Positions 1-10,756 of a DNA stretch of 64,000 nt are shown piece after piece (within the stretch, counting starts at the first letter, position 1; each line of letters begins with the position of its first letter). The DNA comes from Minutocellus sp. GHC0000111 (lineage: Eukaryota): NCBI GenBank assembly GCA_977018835.1, contig OZ361258.1, forward strand, positions 1,674,001 through 1,738,000, given 5' to 3'. The notes below the pieces were generated by a model. It was not told the origin of the DNA. It saw nothing but the letters and a program-made list of their open reading frames with translations, and made no database searches. Both the position numbers and the translations under genes were made by a program.

Positions 1-737
1 ATATATCCTCGAGGTGCTAGTCTAGAATAGTAGGTGTGAAGTGTAGAGGGCACAAGAGATTTATTGCCGAGGGCGGGCTAGCTGGGAAACCCAATTCCTC
101 CGAGAGTGTGATGAAAGAGCCACTTGAAAAGAGCCTGGGTTTCGCTTTAGACAGTGATCATAAAGGCGCGCTGGCCGGAGAGAGAGAGGTCCAGTCAGTG
201 CTGGCTCTTCAAGTTGTATTCTGCTTTCCCGGAGCTTTGGTGACGCTTCTCGCACACAAAAAAAAGTCGTGTCCTGCAAAAAGCGGCACAAGGGCGTGTG
301 ATTTCAGCACCTTGCAACTCAGACCGGTAGAGGAGAGACGGAATGAGATTTCAAGCCTTTGTTCGATGTTTCGTGGGAGAGTTCAGCTGGATTGTCGGCC
401 ACAGAGTCTGAAATGTGCGTGGGAAATGTATGAATCTCTACGAATCAGCTTGTTATCCGGCATCGGCTCCGGCACAGCTTGCTGTGTGCTTTGTTGTCCG
501 CGCAAGCAGTGTTTGCTGAGTGCTGTCGATGACGCAGTCCCCACTGTCCAGAAAGTCGCGCAGAAAGTCAACTGGTGTGTAGGGCCCCAAAGAGAGACTC
601 ACTCGACCCTTTTCTCCCAATGCCTGCAAACTCCAGGGTCGTACCGCAAAGGAAAAGTCTCGGCACTTTCACTTTTTGCCCGCGATCAAAGTGAAAGTCA
701 TCACGCCGCGAGTCAGCTACGTACGTCTTTCCGTTGA

Positions 738-765
738 CTAGCTACGTACTATAGTACGTAGCTAG
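738..765. repeat. Perfect 28-bp palindrome built from TA-flanked units
   Basis: CTAGCTACGTACTA|TAGTACGTAGCTAG is its own reverse complement. Confidence 0.95.
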
Positions 766-1319
766 ATGACAGGCCGGCAGACTTGCAAAGCAGGGGCGCT
801 CAATGAAGCCCAACCTGAAGACACACGACGCCGGCGAGGAGAGTCGAGTCGAGTCGTCTACATGTACGAGCCTAGCTAGCTAGAGATCTAAACTTGATTG
901 CTCTACTATTGCTTGTCTATTGGCACATTGTGTATAATGGCACTCGAAAGTGTTTTGCTATCAGATCTTCACAATGCATGTGCTTCCCTCTCTCAGCTCG
1001 AAGAGAGCAAAGAGAGAGGGAGAATGGTTCACACATGCAAATGAATGTTTTCGTCGATTCTACTTTCACTTTTGGCGACAAATCATAGTCGTTGAAAGGG
1101 AAATGTCACGAACCACGAAAAGAGACACCAGTCCACTTCAGTTCGCAGTTGGCGATGGCGATGGCCCTCCGACACATCTACCAGATCCAGCTCGTGTGAG
1201 CACACAAATTTATTTCATCGTACCCAAGCTTCACAAATCAAATCTCAAGCCAGAACCAACAACTACCGAAAACCTCTTACATCCACTACCCTAGCTCCAG
1301 CTCAAGCCATACATCCACC

Positions 1320-2909
1320 ATGATCGACCTCAATCGCGCCGTGGAATATCTATCGACGCTTGTCTTGCTGGGCACCACCGGCATTGCATCCGCTCAGGTG
1401 GAAATTCCGCCGACAGGAGCACCCGAGGCTCCAACGTGTATGAATTTCAGCTATTTGGACTTTACTCTCAACGGGGATGCCACATGGAGCACTGACTGCC
1501 GCCTCGAGTTGACGAGCGAAGATCCCATGAAGTCTGGCTCGGCCTTTGCAGCCATTACCTTCGACGACACCACCAACTACCCCTTCGAGGCCTACTACGA
1601 ATACGACATCTCGGACACTGTCATCAACGGCACCAGCGTCGGTGGAAGTGCCGATGGCATTGCCTTCCTCGTTCACATTGACCCCCAAGGTGTCAACGCT
1701 TTGAATGACGCAGGAGGAGCACTCGGTGTGTACGGCGCCGGTGGTATCCACTGCGCCATTGTCATCGAGCTGGATACCTACTTTGGCCCAACTAATGTCG
1801 GCCCGCATGCCCCCTTTTCTACCGAAAACTATGCCCGTGCCCTTGATATCATTGCCACCGACGAGGCCGGAAATGCCACGCGCTACGCCGAGGTGGACAT
1901 TACCGACATCTTTACCATGCAGGGCAAGGTATGGATCTCTCATAACAACGGGGTCCTGGATGTGTACCTTGCCCCGCAGACGGCCACTTCGCGACCTCCT
2001 CGCCCGATCGTTACAGTCAATATGCCGATTCCAGCGCTCTTGTTGAGCCGAGATGAGATCTATGTTGGCTTTTCTTCTTCTACGGGCGGTGAATATGACA
2101 GACACGAGGTCGTCTTCTGTTCGTTCGAGGAAGCTGATACCCCCGAGCCAACTACCTCGCCGACGAACAAGCCCGTACCGCGTCTAACTGCAAGCCCGAC
2201 CCCTCCTATTAATATCACCGCCAAACCCTCGTCCTCGCCATCGACCTCGCCAGCGAGCGACCCAACTTTGTCACCAACGGCAGTACCGCCGAAGATTACA
2301 AAGCCACCCGCGCCAATCCCCGCCAAGACAATCAACCCTACCTTCAAGCCCAGCACAGTTCCAGTTGTTCCACACCCTCCAACATCCAATATTGTTCCAC
2401 CTAAAATTGTAGAGCGGTGTGACAACGATGGCGGCGAGAGCAAGGCCGGAAAGGGAAAAGGAAGCTCCAAGGGAGGAAAGGGCGGCACCAGTTTTTCGAG
2501 CAGTTCCAGTGGAAAGGGCGAATCGTTTTCTGGCAGTGGGAAAGGTGGATCGAAGGGATCGGATTGCAACTCCGATAGCAAGAGCATTGTTGACAGCAAG
2601 GGCAAAGCCGGTGGTAAGTCTGGCAAAGGCAGTAGAGGCAAGGCCTCCAAGGCACAGGCGCGCACGAAAGGAACGAGGTCCACCGCCAAGGGTGGAAAGA
2701 GGCAGCTAGATGACAACCAATCTCCACCAAAGAAGAAGAAGAAGGCCCCGCACAAGAAGAAGAAAGCTACCCACAAGAAGAAGAAAAAAACCAATCACCA
2801 CAAGAAGAATACGAAGAAGAAAAAGGCGACGACGATGACTTCCACCGGCAAAAGCGGAAAGCGCCAGTTCAGGGCCGATGACCTCGACGACCTCATCTAC
2901 TACAAGTAG
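1320..2909 (+). CDS. Secreted legume (L-type) lectin-domain protein with a Pro/Thr-rich linker and a Lys/Gly/Ser-rich silaffin-like tail
   Basis: 529-aa ORF with a signal peptide. Lectin motifs FTLNGDA, ADGIAF, IVIELDTY and YVGFSSSTG. Then PTxSP repeats, KxxK clusters (KAGKGKGSSKGGKGG, KSGKGS) and poly-Lys. Confidence 0.85.
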   Translation: MIDLNRAVEYLSTLVLLGTTGIASAQVEIPPTGAPEAPTCMNFSYLDFTLNGDATWSTDCRLELTSEDPMKSGSAFAAITFDDTTNYPFEAYYEYDISDTVINGTSVGGSADGIAFLVHIDPQGVNALNDAGGALGVYGAGGIHCAIVIELDTYFGPTNVGPHAPFSTENYARALDIIATDEAGNATRYAEVDITDIFTMQGKVWISHNNGVLDVYLAPQTATSRPPRPIVTVNMPIPALLLSRDEIYVGFSSSTGGEYDRHEVVFCSFEEADTPEPTTSPTNKPVPRLTASPTPPINITAKPSSSPSTSPASDPTLSPTAVPPKITKPPAPIPAKTINPTFKPSTVPVVPHPPTSNIVPPKIVERCDNDGGESKAGKGKGSSKGGKGGTSFSSSSSGKGESFSGSGKGGSKGSDCNSDSKSIVDSKGKAGGKSGKGSRGKASKAQARTKGTRSTAKGGKRQLDDNQSPPKKKKKAPHKKKKATHKKKKKTNHHKKNTKKKKATTMTSTGKSGKRQFRADDLDDLIYYK

Positions 2910-3118
2910 AAGGTCACTAAGACTATATATGTATGGTGTATGTTGAATTTTAGAGTGAGCGATACGAGTGTAAAACAGGGAATGATTAGTTAGAGTGGCG
3001 CCACGACAAGAAAAGATAGATGTAGACAATTGATGAAAGTAAAAAAATGCAGTCACGACGAATACTATGCCCACCTTGTAACCGCATGTAGACACAAGCA
3101 AGGGCAAGTTGCAAAGTT

Positions 3119-5083
3119 CTATTGATCTCTCGCCCCAAAGATTTTCTGCCGAAGGCGGCTCAATTTGTACGGAAAGGCTACCAGACTTCGCATCGGTTGT
3201 TTCATGTTGGACGTAGCCTTCCATGTATCCCACCACGGGCCACCTCCGACCTCAACACCTCCCTGTTTGCTGGTGGCACAATCAATGATCGGTGGGCCAT
3301 CAACCCTCACGTAGTCCTTCGCGTCGTCATCCCACCGCAACGCCCAAAGACTGAGGGTCGTATCGGCCAAGAACGAATCGCGGCAGAAATAGGCCAGACC
3401 ATCCTTCTGCGTCGGCGCACGGAGGGTAACACCGGGCTGATCGCACGTTGCCCTAACCTCGGCCTCGAACAGCCGCTCCCCGCTCGTACACCGTCCCTTG
3501 AGTACCCATTTGCCCCAGGTATCTACGTCCCATTCCATCGATCCTGTCCATGGCACACCCTCGTAGAACACCCCGTCGTAATGGACGCTGACCATACCAA
3601 GCGATTCGGTCTGTCCCAGTGGGATCTTGCGAGTACCGCCTCCCGCCGTCACGCTGAGACGATCGTACCCCTCAAAGGCGTTGCATTGCACCCAGTACCA
3701 CTTGCTGGGAAATGCGCCACCCCAATTCTTCTCGGCGTAGAACGGGGCATCCGTAAAGTTGTACAGAGTGTCATTCCAATTGACGCTCCCCGTAGCCCGG
3801 GCATCGGCCAACGTGACCTGCCAATGCGGCTCGAAGACGGCAAATCCCGCCAACCATCCCGCCGTGCTGCGTTGCCGGGCCCCGTCCTGGTCGTCTCCCC
3901 ACCCGGCCAGTGGTTCGATGGACATGTCAAAGTCGCACACCGACACTGCCGGTGTGACAGTTGTTGTTGGGCGACTGTGTGTACCGATATTGTCATCGTT
4001 GTCACCCACGCTATCATGATCATTCACCACTCCCACGCCCAGCTGGACCGCATCCCGCTCGGTGCCGTCCCTCCCCACGAGCCGCCCCTGCAAACTGGTG
4101 GGGAGCATCTGAAAGCCGTTCCGAACTCGCCGCCTCCATTCCTCCGGATGCATCGCCGTCGTCATCCGATTCCTCTCCTCAGCACTGCTCTTGTTGTCGT
4201 CAGTATTATCACCATCATTGTCATCCTTTTCCCATTCGAACGTGCACCCCAACCCCTGCGAGGCCTCCCAGGCCCAGAACTTGGTATCGTCCCGATCGAT
4301 CTGCACAATGTACCCGTCGTCGGGTCCCATCACCTGCGCGGCCGACAAAGACAGGTCGGTGCCGTCCCGCCTCCCGCCCCGCCCCACCGGATCGTCGATG
4401 CTAAATATGAAGGCAAAGCTGGCATTCCCCTGCGACGGGGGCAGGGTGAGGCGGTAGTACCACCCCTCCATGAAGCGGCGGGTTTTGGTCCGGTACGCGT
4501 CCGGCCGGAGGGCGTTGGGGATGAGTTTGCGGAGGATGAAGGAGCGGACGGCGTCGCGTTTTCGTCTATGCCGTCTGCGTCTGTGTTTGGGGCTGCTGCC
4601 GCTGCCGATGGTGCTGCTGGGGCTTTGCCTACGCCCGCTGCTGTCAATGGTGCTGCGGCGGCGGTGGTGGTACGAGGGATGGGAGGGGAGAAAGTGCCGG
4701 CCGGAGTGCTGCGTCTGCTGCCGGTAGGCCCGGCCCGGCCCGTCCTGGGGTGGCGGTGGCAAATGCAAAGCATCTTCGCCGTCGTCCTCGTCGTCTTGAG
4801 CGGCAGCACGAAGTGCACGAAGAGGATGATCAGCACGCTCTTGGTGGGGAGCGCATGTCGTGCCAGTGCCAATGCCGACGCCGATGCCGGCCGATGCGAA
4901 GGGCGACGCCGATGGAGCGACGAAGGATGCACATGCACATCCTCGGCAGCAGTGGCCGAGCAGTGTGCATATTACGAGCAGTAGCTGCAGCGACGAGAGG
5001 AGAAGGACGGCGTCGACGGAAGGTCGGTGGAAGCGGCGGCGACGCCGCACGTGCATGTGGCAGCGGCCCGTCCCCATCGTCAT
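3119..5083 (-). CDS. VTE1: Tocopherol cyclase, plastid-targeted
   Basis: Motifs RFMEGWYYRLTLP, EPHWQV, APFYAEKNWGGAFPSKWYWVQCN and LRAPT. Bipartite leader with CASFVAP. Confidence 0.92.
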   Translation of the reverse strand: MTMGTGRCHMHVRRRRRFHRPSVDAVLLLSSLQLLLVICTLLGHCCRGCACASFVAPSASPFASAGIGVGIGTGTTCAPHQERADHPLRALRAAAQDDEDDGEDALHLPPPPQDGPGRAYRQQTQHSGRHFLPSHPSYHHRRRSTIDSSGRRQSPSSTIGSGSSPKHRRRRHRRKRDAVRSFILRKLIPNALRPDAYRTKTRRFMEGWYYRLTLPPSQGNASFAFIFSIDDPVGRGGRRDGTDLSLSAAQVMGPDDGYIVQIDRDDTKFWAWEASQGLGCTFEWEKDDNDGDNTDDNKSSAEERNRMTTAMHPEEWRRRVRNGFQMLPTSLQGRLVGRDGTERDAVQLGVGVVNDHDSVGDNDDNIGTHSRPTTTVTPAVSVCDFDMSIEPLAGWGDDQDGARQRSTAGWLAGFAVFEPHWQVTLADARATGSVNWNDTLYNFTDAPFYAEKNWGGAFPSKWYWVQCNAFEGYDRLSVTAGGGTRKIPLGQTESLGMVSVHYDGVFYEGVPWTGSMEWDVDTWGKWVLKGRCTSGERLFEAEVRATCDQPGVTLRAPTQKDGLAYFCRDSFLADTTLSLWALRWDDDAKDYVRVDGPPIIDCATSKQGGVEVGGGPWWDTWKATSNMKQPMRSLVAFPYKLSRLRQKIFGARDQ

Positions 5084-5538
5084 CTATCTTAGCCGTACAG
5101 TCCGGCTACTGTATGTACTACGTAGCTAGAGTAGGCTTAGCGCTTTGCCGGATGCCGACCGACCGACCGGCATGGGCGGGCATGGACCACCCACATGGAT
5201 GGAGGACCACGGGACGGACCACACAGCGGCCGAAGCGGCGAAGCACCGAAGCACCCATCGGCGAAGTTTGTGTTCTCGCTGGCTGACTGGACACTGGACA
5301 TCCACAGGATTTATTGAGTGTGTCAGACGTTTTCCTTAATTTGGTAACAAACACTGCACAGGATTTATCGAAAGTACTTACAACGTTACCGATCTGACAT
5401 TCGCACATGGAGGAAATCGATTTTTTGGCGTCGAAAATCTGACATTCGCACCTCGATGTCTGGCGAAGAACGGGCATCCGAAAAGGAACTGCTTAATAAA
5501 CAGAACCGCCGCACAGAATCAACCACTCATTCAACGAA

Positions 5539-5612
5539 CAAAGCAAAGCAAAGCAAAGCAAAGCAAAGCAAACCAAACCAAACCAAACCAACCAAACCAA
5601 CCAAACCAACCA
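5539..5612 (+). repeat. (CAAAG)n(CAAAC)n microsatellite
   Basis: Read directly. An analogous (CAACC)n(CAACA)n tract precedes the paralogous ORF at about 10710-10746. Confidence 0.9.
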
Positions 5613-5623
5613 AAGAACCACTC

Positions 5624-6158
5624 ATGACCGCATCATCATCGTTCGGAGACAGTGCCATCCTCGCCGATGGAAGCTCGTTGTCGGTGGTCGTCCTCGAAGG
5701 CGTCCTCAATGACGTAAATGATGATTTAGGCCTGCCTCGTAGACGACGAAGAACAAGAACAAGACGAAGAACACCCAGAGGTCATCCGCAGACGGAGGAA
5801 GGAACGTCGAGAGAGGCAGCGTCTCCTCCGCCGAAGCCGGGGGCAGAGGGCCTCTTCTTCCAACTCTGCACACGTCGACGCCGATGCTCATCAGCACCAA
5901 GCCGAACGGCAGGACCTCCTTGCCGTCTCGGCCACCGCCGCGGCCATTGCGCCGGACCTGCTCTTCAACCCTCGTGCTTGCGAGCTCCATCCGCTCGCGC
6001 TCGCTCCCACCATTCTCGCCGCCGTGGAGAACATGGCCATCAGCACCAACAACTTTGACAGAGAAAACATTGATAACAACATGCTTTCTGACGACGATGC
6101 CGTGGCCGCCACCGAGTCTGCTTCCGACGACGACGGTGACGAGTCCTTCTCAGCTTAG
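5624..6158 (+). pseudogene. Frameshifted paralog of the acidic ORF at 10757-11260
   Basis: Shares MTASS..., SVVVLEG(V/T)LND, GGAAGGAACGTCGAGAGAGGCAGCGTCTCCTCCGCCGAAGCCGGGG and the 3' end, but the reading frame is broken. Confidence 0.8.
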
Positions 6159-6507
6159 GCTGGCCGCTTTCCAGCTTTCCACGGTCGTCTCTACCTGCTA
6201 TTCACATCATCACATGCTATTATGCACACAAATGCGACGCGCGAAGGCCATCTTGCGCTCATAGGAATTCCTATGTGTGTGCATGTAAAGTCGACCGACG
6301 ACGAGTGCTGTTATGTAAAAATATCTCGCTCCTCTTTTTCTAAATACCAGCAATGTAAAGAGACGACACAAGAAATGCTACATCTACCTCTACTAGCTAG
6401 AGCTAGCTCCTACGTAGCTAGGTACAGCTCAAGAGATTCATCTCGTCTGCGTCGTAGATGACAAAGTCACATGCACCTATTCGCCATCCTCTTTTGTTTG
6501 GCCCACA

Positions 6508-6856
6508 ATGCGAGATGCCGAAACATCCTCAAGGTGTGACGCAGACGCTCTGGACGAGACCGTCATGAAGGTTTGGGGCGATGTTGCATCGGAAGATGCA
6601 TTTAAAAATGTTTTTGGTAAGTTGCCAATAACACATGCAAACATTAAGAATTGCAGTGGAGGCAACGACACTGTGGAATCCAACAGGGGGAAAAAGTTGG
6701 AGCTGCAAAAGTTGCTGCCGAAGAGGCCGACAGGAATGCTGAAGGGAACGAGGGGGGGAACCGTTGTGGACTTTGGACGCTTTTGAGGATGAAGACATGG
6801 AGGGGGAGGACATAGATGATGTAGAAGATGATGAGGGGGTCATAAATCTACTTTAA
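6508..6856 (+). pseudogene. Degenerate C-terminal fragment of a related mariner transposase
   Basis: DADALDETVMKVWGDVASEDAFKNVFGKLPITHANIK...GGNDTVE aligns with DANALDKTVMKVWANVASKEAFLNVFGKLPVIYNNIK...GGNNLVE. It ends GVINLL* versus GVIDLL*. Confidence 0.85.
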
Positions 6857-7148
6857 TCATGATTTTTGTGTAGCTACATGTAAGTTCCAACTCAAAAATC
6901 TCGAGTCGAATGAGTCGAACGGAAGGTGCCGCTGACGCGGCAATTTTTCCCATGAATCCCGAAAACCGCCTTACTAGCTAGTATGTCAAAACATGCTCGT
7001 TTCATCCATCAGCCCTCGCCGATCTGACATTCCCACATCTCGGAAATTGCAAACATTGCAGTCCGTTCGTCACTTTTTTGTCACTTTTCCACGGTCAGGA
7101 TAAATGTTCTTTGCAATGCTCTTTGCAACACGATGAATAAATTAAATA

Positions 7149-10100
7149 CCTTTCGAGTTCAGAGGATTTGAAAGTGACGTGATGATGACGTATTAGAAAC
7201 ACGACCACACCAGACCAAAAATCCAAGCTCACTTTTTCTAACTCCGAGGAATAAATGACGGCCAAGATGGAAGTCGGGGCAAGAACCAAGTTATGGTCAC
7301 CAACTTCTACATATAGTCGAGAGATATTGTGCACCAGAACCAATAAATGTACATTATGTGATGATTTTTTTCGACATTTGCATTCCTCACCCCGGGAAAA
7401 AATGCATTTTTGGAAGCACCAAATCAAAATGTAATGAATAGAAATGGACATGCTATGATAAGTTATAGCAAATCAATGACTCCATCGTCTTCATCATTTT
7501 CATCTATGTCGTCCTCAATGTCATCATCTTCGCCGGGAGCATCAATTGGCCAGAGTGGTTCACCATCCTCTTCAGCTTCTTCCTCGGCAATTTTTGCGAG
7601 AGACCAGCCTTTCCCCGTCTGGTCTCCACAAGATTGTTACCGCCACGACTTCTCTTGATGTTGTTATATATCACTGGAAGTTTTCCAAATACATTGAGAA
7701 AGGCCTCTTTTGATGCGACATTGGCCCATACTTTCATCACAGTCTTGTCAAGAGCATTCGCATCATTCTTCTGACCGCGATGCTCCTTTTCGACGGCCGA
7801 CTGCAAAGACATCCAGATGCCGAGATCAAGAACATTTGTCTCGGGCGACCGAGGAACCTGCTGGATTATCTCAATCTTATATTTGTTTTTGAGGTCCTCG
7901 GTGTACTTCTCAACTGCTTCATTGGACCCATGACCGCCGGCATTGTCCATCACAAGACATGCAACATCAGACTCCTGAACATTTTGTGGATCCCACTTCA
8001 CCCAATGATGTGCGTCTCGAATCGCCTTCCCGACCTCATTCACAGTCTCCAACATCCATTTGGAGTCGCAGCTACAGTCCTTGGTAACCTTATCGCCCCG
8101 TTGATACCGCACCCCGAGCTCAAGGTCGTCGATCTCAACCTTCACCTTCTCTCCATTGCTATCAGGAGTGTGTCGCTTGAGACTCGAGATCTTTTGATTG
8201 TAGCCAACAGCGGCATGCTTGCGACTTTTTGCCTGACCGTCGGATTTATAGTCCTCGCATTGAATTTCCAATCGCTCTGTAACAAACTCAGAAAGGCCGT
8301 AGATTTCGGCAATGTGGTCGCAAAGATGGCCGGCGGTCATGTCAGCATTCTCGTCGTAAATGTCGCGCCAATCTTTGTCATTTTTTAGCGCATCGTTGAC
8401 CTTAGCATCTGGAGAGAAATTCTGATTACGCGTAAGCTTTTCCACCTTCTGCTCCCTGGCGACTCTCTTGATCATGATGCGCCCATTGAAATCAACGTCT
8501 TTGGTTTCATCCTTCATTGGTCGGCCAACAACTCCAAGACACATAACTTTGACAGGGTGTCTTCTGGATCGAATTTTCGGGCTTGCCTCGGAAGCATGGA
8601 TAGACGCGAGGTTCGGACTACTTAGTTCTTCGTCAGAAAGTGGCAACATCTTGATCTTTCGTCGCCGAGTAGTAGTGTAAAACCACTTTTCATCAAGATA
8701 CGCTACAGGAATGTTGGGATCGGTCGTAATGTCCTCCCACTTTTCGATCCAATCAAGTCGCTTCCTACAATGTTCGGGGGTGAGCCTCGGCTTCTCGATC
8801 GACGACTTCTCCTTGCCGCCTTGCTTTTTCCACCAGCGAAAAAGCTGAAGACGATGGAGACTAATTGTCAGCCTATCTTCATCTGGAGTAGCTGATTTTG
8901 CGCTCATGCAGTCAGCTAGCTCCTTAAAGGTTGCCATCGCACCCTTCATCCGAGTAGCATGCCGATGCAGCTCGCGGAGATGTCCTGGCTTCTTCTCCTC
9001 GATCATGTCCGTGCATGCCTTCCTTCCACGAACCTCCTTTCTGCCGATGGGATTGCTGATGCCATCAGTAAGGCTTTTGTAGAGCTGGTCTCTCCACTTG
9101 TAAAGCTGAGAACCACCGGTTGACTTGGCATAACAGTGATCGTACGCAACTTGCCGACACGCGGCAGTTGCAATTTGTTGCCGGTCTTCATACGTGCGAG
9201 TTGGGTCGCCGTATCCCCACCAATCCGCGAGAGCCACGGCGCTGAACCGCATTCTTTCATTCGCCTGCTTTTCTTTTCTGATTGGCATTGGTTCGGTGAC
9301 GGTTGCATTGGGACGAGGAGGACGGAGCATGTCATCGTTGGCCATCCGAACAACAAAGTCGAGGCCGAGAGCGACCTTTACCTGTTCATCAATGTCACTG
9401 GAGGTGGCACAGACAACGGAAGTATCGGCTCCTCCTAAACCTTCATCATTGGGGGAGGCTGCAGCTGCTTCAGTGGCGGAAGTATCACCAGTTCCCTTCA
9501 GTATGCTGAGGAGACTTGCTGGCATCCAACCCAGTTTCTTGGCCTCGTCGACTAGTGATTTTACTCTTGCTTCGCAATGCGCTGACTGCACCTCCTTTCT
9601 GTGAGCTGACAACCTCTCACCTAGCTTAGTAGCTAAGACAGTCGAGCGCCCAGAGAACAGAACTTCATCGGGATTTCTTTTCTCGTGCACCTTCTGTCCC
9701 TCCGGTCCAGAGAATTTCGGGCGGTTGTCCTCCTTCTTTTTACGCAACCTGTGAGCACAAACACAAAGCGCCCTGCGTCTTGTCTTCCCTCTCGGCCGAC
9801 ACGTCGACAAGTGCAACTTCAAACTACAATGCTCCTTGAGATGTTGCTGCATATCCTTCCATTTTTCCTCGTTGTACTGTAGCTCATACTTTCCTCCACC
9901 GACGGACTTGGAACGCAACAAGTCGGCCTCGATGAAAGCAGGGAGGACGTCTTCCCATTTCTGCCGAGAACCAACACAAATGTCATCTTTGCCGCAGGAA
10001 TCGGGGGTTACTCTCCACCACAGATCCTTACCAGCCCTTCGAATGACATCTGCTGCAAGGAGAAAGGCCATGGGGATAGGAGGAGGGGCCGTCCTCTTCT

Positions 10101-10591
10101 TCGCCGACGACGGTGACGGTTTGGCGGGCGAATTTGACCGTGGCCGCTTCTTCGACGTGTTTGCGCTCGGCGATGGTGTTTTCGGCTCAGCTGCCGCCTT
10201 TGCCGCCTTCCTGGATGCCTTGGTGTTGCCTCTCTTGCTCCCTGAGAACGAAGTTCTGCTGCGTTTGTATTTTTTGGGCGTGGTCTGGTTGGTCGTCGTC
10301 ATCGTCACAAAATTTGCGGGTTGCGGTGTGAGGGGGTGTGCGGGGGACCAAAAATATATGTGTTCCTGCCAGAATCTACTGGACCTGCGAATTCAGTGGA
10401 TACTACTGGTCGGTGGCAACCTACTGAATGAGCAGGTCCAGTAGATATCCACGAGTTGAGGAGTATTTGCGTTCCTCCCGAAGAGAATGTCGACTAACAA
10501 AACACGTGGTGGGAAATGAGAAATGGGTGCAAGAATGACCTTTTTTAGGGGTTATTGGTATACCCTCTACAAATCCTCTGAAACCGAAAGG
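7149..10591 (-). mobile_element. Tc1/mariner DNA transposon (DD39D type), copy A
   Basis: 22-bp TIRs: CCTTTCGAGTTCAGAGGATTTG at 7149 and the reverse complement of CCTTTCGGTTTCAGAGGATTTG ending at 10591. TA target duplication at 7147-7148 and 10592-10593. Confidence 0.95.
7504..10308 (-). CDS. DD39D mariner transposase (934-aa ORF with a 2-bp frameshift near the C-terminus)
   Basis: Catalytic YLDEKWFY ... MDNAGGHG ... PRSPETNVLDLGIW, with 39 residues between the 2nd and 3rd Asp. An extra dinucleotide at about 7608-7612 replaces the acidic tail seen in copy B (native stop would be at 7463). Confidence 0.93.
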   Translation of the reverse strand: MTMTTTNQTTPKKYKRSRTSFSGSKRGNTKASRKAAKAAAEPKTPSPSANTSKKRPRSNSPAKPSPSSAKKRTAPPPIPMAFLLAADVIRRAGKDLWWRVTPDSCGKDDICVGSRQKWEDVLPAFIEADLLRSKSVGGGKYELQYNEEKWKDMQQHLKEHCSLKLHLSTCRPRGKTRRRALCVCAHRLRKKKEDNRPKFSGPEGQKVHEKRNPDEVLFSGRSTVLATKLGERLSAHRKEVQSAHCEARVKSLVDEAKKLGWMPASLLSILKGTGDTSATEAAAASPNDEGLGGADTSVVCATSSDIDEQVKVALGLDFVVRMANDDMLRPPRPNATVTEPMPIRKEKQANERMRFSAVALADWWGYGDPTRTYEDRQQIATAACRQVAYDHCYAKSTGGSQLYKWRDQLYKSLTDGISNPIGRKEVRGRKACTDMIEEKKPGHLRELHRHATRMKGAMATFKELADCMSAKSATPDEDRLTISLHRLQLFRWWKKQGGKEKSSIEKPRLTPEHCRKRLDWIEKWEDITTDPNIPVAYLDEKWFYTTTRRRKIKMLPLSDEELSSPNLASIHASEASPKIRSRRHPVKVMCLGVVGRPMKDETKDVDFNGRIMIKRVAREQKVEKLTRNQNFSPDAKVNDALKNDKDWRDIYDENADMTAGHLCDHIAEIYGLSEFVTERLEIQCEDYKSDGQAKSRKHAAVGYNQKISSLKRHTPDSNGEKVKVEIDDLELGVRYQRGDKVTKDCSCDSKWMLETVNEVGKAIRDAHHWVKWDPQNVQESDVACLVMDNAGGHGSNEAVEKYTEDLKNKYKIEIIQQVPRSPETNVLDLGIWMSLQSAVEKEHRGQKNDANALDKTVMKVWANVASKEAFLNVFGKLPVIYNNIKRSRGGNNLVETRRGKAGLSQKLPRKKLKRMVNHSGQLMLPAKMMTLRTT

Positions 10592-10756
10592 TAGGCCTAC
10601 ATTTTGCTGTTCGGCCGCCACGCCCTCGAACTTCACTCCCGACCTTGTACCGTAATTATCCAGCATCACAGTCTGTCATAAAAAATAAACAATCCTCCTT
10701 TGCGACGAATCAACCCAACCCAACCCAACACAACACAACCCAACCAAGAACGAATC

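Noticed and set aside
3122..4984. 620-aa ORF antisense to tocopherol cyclase, and similar shadow ORFs such as 21603-22631
   Set aside because: These are antisense shadows of GC-rich coding sequence with no motifs.
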